Source of the DNA: Candidatus Melainabacteria bacterium
GTDB taxonomy: Bacteria; Cyanobacteriota; Vampirovibrionia; LMEP-6097
Assembly: GCA_028817775.1 (NCBI GenBank)
Contig: JAPPOW010000230.1
Span: 1 to 57,221, forward strand
Direction of reading: 5' to 3'
DNA length: 57,221 nt
Under the pieces are notes generated by a model. The model had not been told where the DNA came from and did not search any database. It saw nothing but the letters and a program-made list of their open reading frames with translations. This document shows, in pieces, positions 1 to 6,846 of the stretch. The position numbers and the translations under genes were made by a program. Position 1 is the stretch's first letter; each line of letters begins with the position of its first letter.

Positions 1-120
1 TAAACGATATCACTCATTTCAGGCATATTTTTTCTTTTTCTAACTTTGCCTCTAATTGCCATGGCAAGTTATTTTATCACGCGGGATATTGGGAAATGTA
101 AATATATTCTATAAGAATTG

Positions 121-157
121 GCTTCCCGGGTACCCCAATTTGGGGTACCCGGGAAGC
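121..157. repeat. Perfect 37-nt palindrome GCTTCCCGGGTACCCCA-ATT-TGGGGTACCCGGGAAGC (17-bp stem, 3-nt loop), 22 nt upstream of the likely rsmI start
   Basis: Read directly: 121-137 is the exact reverse complement of 141-157. No T-tract follows on either strand, so it is not a classical intrinsic terminator. Confidence 0.85.
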
Positions 158-178
158 CAAAAAGGCTATAATCTTGCG

Positions 179-862
179 GTGGCTTCTTTATATGTAATTG
201 CAACGCCAATTGGCAATCTTGAGGATATCAGCCTGCGGGCGCTGCGCATACTCAAAGAAGAGGTCAATATAATTTATTGTGAAGATACCCGGGTTACAGC
301 CAAATTGCTCAATTTCTACCAAATTGAGGGCAAAAAACTAATCAGTTTCAATAAGGACAACGAAAATAAGCGAATTAAAGAAATTAAACGGTGTTTAATT
401 AATTCTGAGGACGTGGCAATCTGTTCTGATGCTGGTACGCCATTGGTTTCTGACCCGGGACAAAGCTTAATCACTGCTTGTTTTGAAGATGAGTTTGAGC
501 TGGTACCACTGCCTGGAGCTTCAGCCCTAACTACTGCTTTGTCAGTCTGCCCTATCGACACTTCAAGATTTATATATGAAGGATTTTTGCCGCATAGCCC
601 GCAGAAGCGGCGCCGGGTCTTGCGGGACTTGCTTGGTTCTACTAGACCCATTGTAATTTTTGAAAGCCCACATCGAATTAAAAAATGTCTCGAGGATATT
701 AAAAATATTCTTGGTGAGAAAGAAGTATTTATTGCAAGAGAGCTTACTAAAAAATTTGAGCAACTCTATTATGGTTCGGTGGAGCAAGTACAAGCTCAAC
801 TTGAGGAGCAATTCCCAAAAGATGTTCAGGGTGAGTTTGTATTAGTAATTGGTACTACATAA
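179..862 (+). CDS. rsmI: 16S rRNA (cytidine1402-2'-O)-methyltransferase RsmI
   Basis: Translation carries LYVIATPIGNLEDISLRAL, CEDTR, SDAGTPLVSDPG, PGASA, EGFLP and FESPHR, typical of RsmI. The ORF-track start (TTG 56) reads through the 121-157 palindrome. In-frame GTG at 179 gives the canonical short N-terminus M-ASLYVIATPIGN. Confidence 0.9.
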   Translation: MASLYVIATPIGNLEDISLRALRILKEEVNIIYCEDTRVTAKLLNFYQIEGKKLISFNKDNENKRIKEIKRCLINSEDVAICSDAGTPLVSDPGQSLITACFEDEFELVPLPGASALTTALSVCPIDTSRFIYEGFLPHSPQKRRRVLRDLLGSTRPIVIFESPHRIKKCLEDIKNILGEKEVFIARELTKKFEQLYYGSVEQVQAQLEEQFPKDVQGEFVLVIGTT

Positions 863-886
863 ACCACCTGATATAATTTCTTAACA

Positions 887-1285
887 ATGATTCAAGGAAG
901 AAGAAGCTTGCAGCCTTTGAGCAAGCCTATTACTAGAGAGAGTCTCCGAAGCGACCCACAAACTGCGCGAGCAATGGACGAATCAGATCTCCGCTTGAAA
1001 GCCGGTGAGGGGAATCTTCGTATGGATGAAAATGGTGACTGGGTTGAAAACCGTGCTGATGATGGCACACCGGTACGTGTTCTCAAGCAGCGCTACGAAC
1101 AGAAAACAGGACCTCTCTCAGACCCTCCATTGATTGCTTACGTACCAAAAGCTTTAATCTTGGGGCTTGCATCAGTAGTTGGTCTTCCTTTGCTGGTGAA
1201 TGGCTGCGAGGAAGAAGCAGCTGAAACTACTGAACCCGTTAAGGCATTGCATCTAGCTGAAGCTACTACTGAACCTTCGAACTAA
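887..1285 (+). CDS. Hypothetical small protein with one predicted TM helix
   Basis: ORF only. Charged N-half, hydrophobic stretch ALILGLASVVGLPLLV, acidic tail. No family recognised. The 3' end overlaps the convergent 1266..2771 gene by 20 nt. Confidence 0.4.
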   Translation: MIQGRRSLQPLSKPITRESLRSDPQTARAMDESDLRLKAGEGNLRMDENGDWVENRADDGTPVRVLKQRYEQKTGPLSDPPLIAYVPKALILGLASVVGLPLLVNGCEEEAAETTEPVKALHLAEATTEPSN

Positions 1286-2771
1286 AGAAAGTTTTATTAG
1301 CTGCAGCAGAGTCATGAGTTTTGCAAATCATATCTAGGTATTTGCTAAGTTCTGAATTGACTTGGGGCTTCAAGTCTGGATTGCTTCGTCTGGACGGGGG
1401 CTCCCTGTCATCACCATGGATACTAAGTTTTGGCACCCCTGAATCCTCGCAATGACGGTAAGCTATATAGCGAGCGAGGATTTGCATTTGTTCTTTGGCA
1501 CTCAAAAGTAGTTGCTTACTAGCAACAGTGCGGTATTGCTCATAGACATATTTGAGAGTATTGATGACATCTCCCCGATTAGCGCGCTTCCAGCTTTGAT
1601 CTGATTCTAGATAGAGATCTTGACCAGGCTCAGTGGCAACTAAGAAATCAGCGTCATTGGCTTGATTGACGGAGTCAATTTTTTCAAAACTGAGATAGTT
1701 CCAAGGGATGGCAATATCTGGATGTAAGTGCCAGCCATTGCGTAGAACTTCGTGCATGCTATTACTACCATCATGTCTGCCACTGGCACTACTCTCAGTT
1801 GCCAAACCAGACCAAGAACCGCCCTCCAGATTTAATAATGCTTCAGGTACTGCATCGTAATCACCAAGTAGATTAAAGATCACTCTTACTGCTTGTCCTG
1901 GACTTGCCGTAAACTCAATAGTTTCTCTATTTTGAGGCTGATAATCCTGCTTATGAGCAATGCTATCAATTAATTTTTGGTCGATAGTTATTGATCCACC
2001 TTGGCTGATACTCTGGTAGTTAGTAGCTGCAGCTAGCACTATGACCCAGCGTTCGTCTATTTTGACTTTGTAAATTGGTGAGACTAGAGTATCAGTATAG
2101 TCTTCAACCAAGTTGACTTCTGAAACTAGTTCATTATTTTTGTTGACTTGATAAATCTTGCCCTTGTTAAAACTTGCAGGGCGTTGCTGGAATTTAATCA
2201 CATCCCAGCCACTAAATCTATTGCGTCGGGCAGCTTTGAATGCAGTCTCAGGCATTACGGCAATTGCTAGATTGTTTTTTTTGATACGGTGAGCTTTGAT
2301 ACAGTCACTAAACAAGCCAATATTGCAAAGTCCTTCAGTGAAATGAAAATGATCTACTGCCACATCTTTATACAAAGCCTGGTGTAAATACTTTGCTGCC
2401 ATTGCTTCGATATAGGCGATACTAAAGTCACCAAGAAACTTTTGCCCCGCAATAGCTTGGCTGAGCAAGAGCCCTGAAGGACTAGCTTTGCAGCCCTGTT
2501 GTAATTTGTAGTCCTGCTTGCTATCGCAAAGGAAACCAGCTTCAGCAATTTGATTATTAGTCAGTAAATTACCAAGTTTGAACTTAACAGCTTTACCCTG
2601 CACTAGGACTTCCTGCACCTTTGCAAGTAAAGTCCTAGTACCTGGAAAATTTAGATAGTCAAATTCATCTTCAACTTGAACTGTTGGAGATTTTGCAGGA
2701 GTTGAAGCATCGAACAGCGAAGCCTGCTGTAAAAATTCAATTTCTGAATTTTGTTTAGAATCTATGCTCAC
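1266..2771 (-). CDS. Unassigned 501-aa protein, last gene of the MNIO RiPP operon
   Basis: Long uninterrupted ORF with a GTG start 7 nt after the DUF2063 stop codon (TGA-aatcagg-GTG). No signal peptide or TM segment. No motif I can assign (contains HFHFTEG and GWHLHPD). Confidence 0.6.
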   Translation of the reverse strand: MSIDSKQNSEIEFLQQASLFDASTPAKSPTVQVEDEFDYLNFPGTRTLLAKVQEVLVQGKAVKFKLGNLLTNNQIAEAGFLCDSKQDYKLQQGCKASPSGLLLSQAIAGQKFLGDFSIAYIEAMAAKYLHQALYKDVAVDHFHFTEGLCNIGLFSDCIKAHRIKKNNLAIAVMPETAFKAARRNRFSGWDVIKFQQRPASFNKGKIYQVNKNNELVSEVNLVEDYTDTLVSPIYKVKIDERWVIVLAAATNYQSISQGGSITIDQKLIDSIAHKQDYQPQNRETIEFTASPGQAVRVIFNLLGDYDAVPEALLNLEGGSWSGLATESSASGRHDGSNSMHEVLRNGWHLHPDIAIPWNYLSFEKIDSVNQANDADFLVATEPGQDLYLESDQSWKRANRGDVINTLKYVYEQYRTVASKQLLLSAKEQMQILARYIAYRHCEDSGVPKLSIHGDDREPPSRRSNPDLKPQVNSELSKYLDMICKTHDSAAANKTFFSSKVQ

Positions 2772-2778
2772 CCTGATT

Positions 2779-3492
2779 TCAGTCTATCAGGATATTGGCC
2801 TCTTGCAAATCACCAATTAGCTTCTCTAGGGCCGAAAGCTCGATTTTTAGGCCAAAATGGGCACAAAAACTTTGATGAATTTCTTCTAATCCTTTGCCTG
2901 AGCCTATGGCCTCGATGACAAATAAGGTGGTATTGGACAGAACGAAGCTGCGGTTCTTGAGACTTTCATGATCACGATAGAAGAACACAATCTCGCTTTC
3001 TTCCTCAATATCAGTCTGGCGCAGACTTTCAATATCATCCTCTGTTGTTTTGAGATATTCAATGACTTGTGTTACAGGGTATGAGAACTTCTCAATTTTA
3101 TGAACCGGAGTTAATTTAGAACTTGCTGCTAGATCAGGACTATTGTGGATTAAAACCTCTGTCCACTCATAACGGGCTAGATCACTTAGGAAATTAGGAA
3201 AGTTCTCAGCAAGATCTTCTTCTGAAAGTAATTTATAGAAATCAGCAGCCAGTCTATTGTAGATTGCTGATTTGCTCGGGTAATTATTTTGATAGTGTCG
3301 CATCAAATCATCCCAATCTTCGCCAATAATCTTGCGGCTCAAGGGATAGATGTTCTGCATCAACGAACTAAGGCTACTGACTACCAGTGAGTAATAAACG
3401 CTCAGTTCGCTCTTGGTTTGTTCTGGCAGCTCAGTCGGCTGACCCAGCATAAATTTTTGAATCTCTTGTTGTAGTTGATAGACTTGGTTCAT
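2779..3492 (-). CDS. DUF2063-family partner protein of the MNIO enzyme (HvfC/BufC/MbnC-like role)
   Basis: N-terminal pattern LSVYYSLVVSSLSSLMQNIYPLSRKIIGEDWDDLMRHYQNNYPSKSAIYNRLAADFYKLL...LSDLARYEWTEV matches the DUF2063 signature (vYrnn..l..aL...yP....G..w..l...Y....PS...l...g..F..fL....dlA..Ew). Start taken at ATG 3492 (MNQVYQ), 5 nt after the MNIO stop. The ORF-track ATG at 3522 lies inside a family-A repeat. Confidence 0.75.
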   Translation of the reverse strand: MNQVYQLQQEIQKFMLGQPTELPEQTKSELSVYYSLVVSSLSSLMQNIYPLSRKIIGEDWDDLMRHYQNNYPSKSAIYNRLAADFYKLLSEEDLAENFPNFLSDLARYEWTEVLIHNSPDLAASSKLTPVHKIEKFSYPVTQVIEYLKTTEDDIESLRQTDIEEESEIVFFYRDHESLKNRSFVLSNTTLFVIEAIGSGKGLEEIHQSFCAHFGLKIELSALEKLIGDLQEANILID

Positions 3493-3497
3493 GATTT

Positions 3498-4409
3498 TTA
3501 TACCTGGATTGCCGCGTCGCATGCGCTCCTCGCAACGACGCCTTGTATTTGTTTTAATTCTTCGACTAATTCTTTAAGCTCAGGGAAATTAGAATCGCGC
3601 TCAAGCAAGATAGCATTGACTTCAGTTCTTGCAAGTAGTTGCCGCAAAATTTCATAAACTTCATCGATGATTCCTTCACCATGAGTATCTAGGATTTCAA
3701 TTTTGTGACCGGTGTGAGAGTGGTAACCATTGAGGTGACCAGCTATATGTACTTGCACAACCCGTTCTAGCATTAGTGAATCAAGAAACTCTACTGGCTG
3801 GTAATTGCCATGATTAGTGGCGTTGACATAGATATTATTGACGTCAAGCAACATACCACAATCTGCCTGCTCCAAAATTGAATTGATAAACTGAGCTTCA
3901 CTCATTTCTGCATCGATAATCGTTGAATAGAAACTTGGATTCTCAACTAAAAATGGAAGTTGGAATTCATCTTGTAAAAATTTAACGTTATCGGCAATGA
4001 TATCCACTGACTCCTGAATCATTGGCACTGGAATTAGGTTCTGTAAGTAGTATTCACCAACACGAGTGCAGGAAATATGGTCAGAGAACCAAGGTGCTTC
4101 GATTTGCTGGAATAGTTCTTTGCAGCCATCAATCAGGTAAGGATCAAAACAGGGCTTACCGGGAGTCTCGGGCGCTGTGCCTATACTAAGATTCACGCCA
4201 TGAGGAATCAATGCTACGCCACTATCAAGTACTTCTTGAAACTGCTGGGCTTTGCGTCCGCCTAAGTAGATATAGTTTTCTGGAACGATTTCTAACCATT
4301 CGATGAGACCGGTATTATTCTCACTGCTATAAAAATCTAAAGTTTCTTGAGTTAGAGCTCGGCGTAATCCTAATCCTAGACCTGCCTTGCTTAGTTTGTT
4401 TTTGTCCAT
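3498..4409 (-). CDS. DUF692 / MNIO (multinuclear non-heme iron oxidative) enzyme
   Basis: GLGLRR...IEWLEIVPENY...IPHGVNLSIG...WFSDHIS...LPFLVENPSFY...LLDVNNIYVNATNHG...VQVHIAGH is the TIM-barrel DUF692 pattern (MbnB/TglH/HvfB/BufB family). Start ATG 4409 has AGGA 8 nt upstream. The alternative ATG at 4418 sits inside a family-A repeat. Confidence 0.85.
   Translation of the reverse strand: MDKNKLSKAGLGLGLRRALTQETLDFYSSENNTGLIEWLEIVPENYIYLGGRKAQQFQEVLDSGVALIPHGVNLSIGTAPETPGKPCFDPYLIDGCKELFQQIEAPWFSDHISCTRVGEYYLQNLIPVPMIQESVDIIADNVKFLQDEFQLPFLVENPSFYSTIIDAEMSEAQFINSILEQADCGMLLDVNNIYVNATNHGNYQPVEFLDSLMLERVVQVHIAGHLNGYHSHTGHKIEILDTHGEGIIDEVYEILRQLLARTEVNAILLERDSNFPELKELVEELKQIQGVVARSACDAAIQV
3506..3539 (-). 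repeat. Family-A hairpin element, TTGC/GCAA stem variant (copy A10), forming the last ~12 codons of the MNIO gene
   Basis: Minus-strand read GTC-GTTGC-GAGGAGCGCATGCGACGCG-GCAAT-CC has the same architecture as the other family-A copies. It is translated as ...GVVARSACDAAIQ. Confidence 0.7.
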
Positions 4410-4413
4410 CACT

Positions 4414-4495
4414 GTCATCCTGAGCTGCGTAGCAGCGTCAGGATCCCATTATCGCACACAGGAGATCCTGACGTCACTTCGTTCCTCAGGATGAC
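4414..4495. repeat. Inverted dimer of family-A hairpin elements (A1 4414-4447 forward, A2 4461-4495 reverse)
   Basis: GTCATCCTGAGCTGCGTAGCAGCGTCAGGATCCC, a 13-nt spacer, then GGAGATCCTGACGTCACTTCGTTCCTCAGGATGAC. The same tail-to-tail dimer layout recurs at 52597-52693. Confidence 0.85.
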
Positions 4496-4497
4496 AT

Positions 4498-4524
4498 AAA
4501 AAAAGCCCCGGCAGAGCCAGGGCT
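4498..4524 (-). terminator. Intrinsic terminator/attenuator just downstream of the RiPP precursor gene
   Basis: Minus-strand read AGCCCTGGC-TCT-GCCGGGGCT followed by TTTTTTT. It lies between the precursor stop (4552) and the MNIO start. Confidence 0.65.
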
Positions 4525-4551
4525 TTATAATCAAATTAAGTAAGTCAATTA

Positions 4552-4809
4552 CTACTTAACGTGCTCTCCGCATTTGCCTTCGCCGCACTTGTGCTCACCA
4601 CATTCGTGTTCACCGCACTCATGCTCTCCGCATTTGCCTTCGCCACATTTGTGATCGCCACCACTAATAAGTAGTGAAGAAGAGCTAGTCTCACTAATAC
4701 TGAAAATTGTTTCAGCATTAACATCGATTTCTGGAGCAGTAATTGCACCAGCGTTTAATGCTGTAGCAAGGCCTAATGCTAATGCAGCAGCTTTAACTTT
4801 CTTTTTCAT
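4552..4809 (-). CDS. RiPP precursor: Sec signal peptide plus six (K/E)CGE(G/H) pentapeptide repeats (oxazolin/bufferin EGKCG-like class)
   Basis: ATG 4809 is preceded by AAGGAG. The 85-aa product is MKKKVKAAALALGLATALNAGA|ITAPE...SGGD-HKCGEGKCGEH-ECGEHECGE-HKCGEGKCGEH-VK. It sits immediately upstream of MNIO+DUF2063. The ORF-track start at 4866 adds an implausible CCC-containing extension. Confidence 0.85.
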   Translation of the reverse strand: MKKKVKAAALALGLATALNAGAITAPEIDVNAETIFSISETSSSSLLISGGDHKCGEGKCGEHECGEHECGEHKCGEGKCGEHVK

Positions 4810-4848
4810 CTGTTGTAATCTCCTTTGTTTGTCCGAACAACAGCAGAA

Positions 4849-4887
4849 ATTATATACTTTAATCAAGAAATGACACCTAATTTCTTG
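4849..4887. promoter_or_regulatory. Candidate promoter (-10 TATAAT on the minus strand at 4849-4854) overlapped by an 8-8-8 palindrome CAAGAAAT-N8-ATTTCTTG (4864-4887), in the divergent precursor/porin intergenic region
   Basis: Read directly. Position is appropriate for the precursor promoter and for an operator shared with the divergent gene at 4945. No experimental support. Confidence 0.3.
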
Positions 4888-4944
4888 GCATTAATTTGAC
4901 CAAGATAAAAGACAAGTCTTTTGCTATCGCAAGGGAATAAAACA

Positions 4945-6129
4945 GTGGTGGGCAAAAAGTTTTGTTTATTAATAGCTTTGCTTTGTTTGACTAGTCAAAC
5001 TGTAATGGCGATTCAATTTAAGGATGGAGATCTTGAAGCTGGCAAAGTCATTAATCTTTCTCAGCTTTTGGATAAATCAGAATTACATTTCGACACAATT
5101 TTTAGTAACGATTGGACCGGTGGCAGAGCGGGTGGCAACACCAACCCACATCGAGCATTTATTGATTATAGAGTCGAAGGACACTTGCCTCTCTATAATT
5201 TAGCTGGCAATCGAGGACGTTTGATCACTCGAGTACAAGGGCTGGGTTTCGTTGATGAGAATATAGATGATTTTGTTGAGGATCCCTTGCTTGATATTCC
5301 TGAATTGTTTTGGCAAAACGATAAACAACTTGGTGATAATGATTTGAGATTTGTCTTTGGTAAGTTTGCCAATAGAAGGTTCTTTAACAAGGATGAAATT
5401 AATCCTGATCCATTTGATATTGGGGAGATGCGTTTCTCTGGTGCTCTTGCTAATAGCTTAAATTTATTCAATTCAATCAATGAGTTCAGAGATTCTGATT
5501 TGCGCTTCTCTGGAAGTCGTCAAGCTAGTGGTTCTTATGGTTTCAATTTTGCAATCAAAAATCAAGCTGAGCAAGGTTTATTCAGCCGCTGGGGTTTCCA
5601 GCAAGCATTGGCTGTTAGTCAACTGGATGATTTCAAGTCTAACTTTTATGGAATTTCTGAACTTAATAAAGATTGGGGCAGGCAAAAACCAGGGCGCTTG
5701 AGTATGGGCTTGGTCTACGCTAATGATGCGGTATTTCGTTTGGCAAATAATGATGAGAATAGTTACTTGTTCTATTCTTCATTGGTACAAAAACTAACAG
5801 ATAGACTCAAGTTTTATTTCCGCTATGGTACTTTGTTTAGAAATTTAAATTCTGGTGCTAGTAACAATAATGAATATAGATTAGGTTTCTACTATAAGTG
5901 GACTGACAAAATTGCTACTCACAATTGGCTTGGTTACTTTGATAATGATGTAGCACTAGCTGAGGAGGATGAGCGCTTCCACTGGGTTAATGTGCTGACT
6001 TATAAATTCAATAAAAATTTCTTTGCTAATTTTGCTGCGGTCTTTAGGTTTAATCAAGGCAATTCAGCAGCTACTGGCGCTAGTGACAATAACTATACTC
6101 TGGCTACTCAGTTACGGGTCTTCATGTAA
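4945..6129 (+). CDS. Putative outer-membrane beta-barrel (porin-like) protein
   Basis: Signal peptide VGKKFCLLIALLCLTSQTVMA. Abundant alternating aromatic/polar segments (FYFRYGTLF, YRLGFYYKW, WVNVLTYKF). C-terminus YTLATQLRVFM resembles a beta-signal. Family (possibly OprB-like) not confirmed. Start is uncertain (TTG 4921, GTG 4945 or 4948). Confidence 0.5.
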   Translation: MVGKKFCLLIALLCLTSQTVMAIQFKDGDLEAGKVINLSQLLDKSELHFDTIFSNDWTGGRAGGNTNPHRAFIDYRVEGHLPLYNLAGNRGRLITRVQGLGFVDENIDDFVEDPLLDIPELFWQNDKQLGDNDLRFVFGKFANRRFFNKDEINPDPFDIGEMRFSGALANSLNLFNSINEFRDSDLRFSGSRQASGSYGFNFAIKNQAEQGLFSRWGFQQALAVSQLDDFKSNFYGISELNKDWGRQKPGRLSMGLVYANDAVFRLANNDENSYLFYSSLVQKLTDRLKFYFRYGTLFRNLNSGASNNNEYRLGFYYKWTDKIATHNWLGYFDNDVALAEEDERFHWVNVLTYKFNKNFFANFAAVFRFNQGNSAATGASDNNYTLATQLRVFM

Positions 6130-6137
6130 GAGTTAGG

Positions 6138-6178
6138 GAGGTCCTGACGTCACACCTTTGGTGTTCCTCAGGATGACA
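6138..6178 (-). repeat. Family-A hairpin element (A3) between the convergent porin-like gene and hisB
   Basis: Reverse read: GTCATCCTGAGGAACACCAAAGGTGTGACGTCAGGACCTCCC. Confidence 0.85.
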
Positions 6179-6183
6179 GGATT

Positions 6184-6771
6184 TTATATTATACCTTTGG
6201 TACTACGGATTTCATTAGCAATCCGAGCATCAACTGTCTTGGCTTTGTCAAAAGCCAATGCAAAAGCTTTGAAACTCGCTTCAATAATATGGTGTGAATT
6301 AGCGCCAGAGATTTTGTGGAAGTGAATCACCATACCGGTGTTGTTAACTAGTGCACGCCAGAACTCAATACAGAGCTCGGTCTCAAAAGTATTGATGCGC
6401 TCCTTATCAACTGGCACATCGTAAACCAAATAAGGTCTAGTACCAAGATCAATATCACAACTAACTAGTGCTTCGTCCATCACTACTCGGGCTGAAGCGT
6501 AGCGGCGGATACCCTTGCGTTCACCCAATGCTTCTTTGATAGCTTGTCCAATGACTATACCAGTATCTTCGACACTGTGATGGTCATCGATTTCATGATC
6601 GCCTTTGGTTTGGACACTTAAATCTATAAATGAATGCCTGCGGAATTGCTCAAGCATATGATCAAAAAATGGCACGCCAGTATTGATATCACCTTGGCCA
6701 GAGCCATCTAGGTTGATTTCAACAGAGACTGAGGTTTCTTTGCTGTCGCGGTTAATACTTGCTTTGCGCAT
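6184..6771 (-). CDS. hisB: Imidazoleglycerol-phosphate dehydratase
   Basis: RETKETxV-like start (RDSKETSVSVEINLDG), GVPFFDHMLEQ, DDHHSVEDTGIVIGQA, SGANSHHIIEASFKAFA: full-length IGPD pattern. Confidence 0.93.
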   Translation of the reverse strand: MRKASINRDSKETSVSVEINLDGSGQGDINTGVPFFDHMLEQFRRHSFIDLSVQTKGDHEIDDHHSVEDTGIVIGQAIKEALGERKGIRRYASARVVMDEALVSCDIDLGTRPYLVYDVPVDKERINTFETELCIEFWRALVNNTGMVIHFHKISGANSHHIIEASFKAFALAFDKAKTVDARIANEIRSTKGII

Positions 6772-6808
6772 AAGTTTATTATTCCCAGATGGAAAAGTAT
6801 AGCAATTT

Positions 6809-6841
6809 GGGGATCCTGACGCCTTACAGGCTCAGGATGAC
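6809..6841 (-). repeat. Family-A hairpin element (A4), short form
   Basis: Reverse read: GTCATCCTGAGCCTGTAAGGCGTCAGGATCCCC. Confidence 0.8.
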
Positions 6842-6846
6842 AAAGG

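Noticed and set aside
1-26. Start of a minus-strand gene at the left edge (ATG at 24-26, reading MPEMSDIV... off the window)
   Set aside because: Only 8 codons are visible, there is no clear SD sequence, and it cannot be evaluated.
316-811. Minus-strand ORFs 316..651 and 563..811, and plus-strand ORF 660..845, inside rsmI
   Set aside because: They lie entirely within or antisense to a gene with unambiguous RsmI motifs and have no motif content. They are typical shadow ORFs.
1378-1412. Possible 13th family-A copy inside the 501-aa gene (GGATTGCTTCGTC...CTCCCTGTCATC)
   Set aside because: Only the 13-nt half GGATTGCTTCGTC matches copy A12. The other arm cannot pair (there is no GCAAT complement). 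At best it is a degenerate relic, so it is not listed as a feature.
3493-3522. N-terminal extensions in the ORF track: 3522 for DUF2063, 4866 for the precursor, 26889 for rnpA, 27181 for rpmH, 33400 for the oxidoreductase, 55516 for bioF, 56208 for mlaD, 56 for rsmI
   Set aside because: Each extension either reads through a repeat element or overlaps the neighbouring gene. In each case an internal start gives the canonical family N-terminus.
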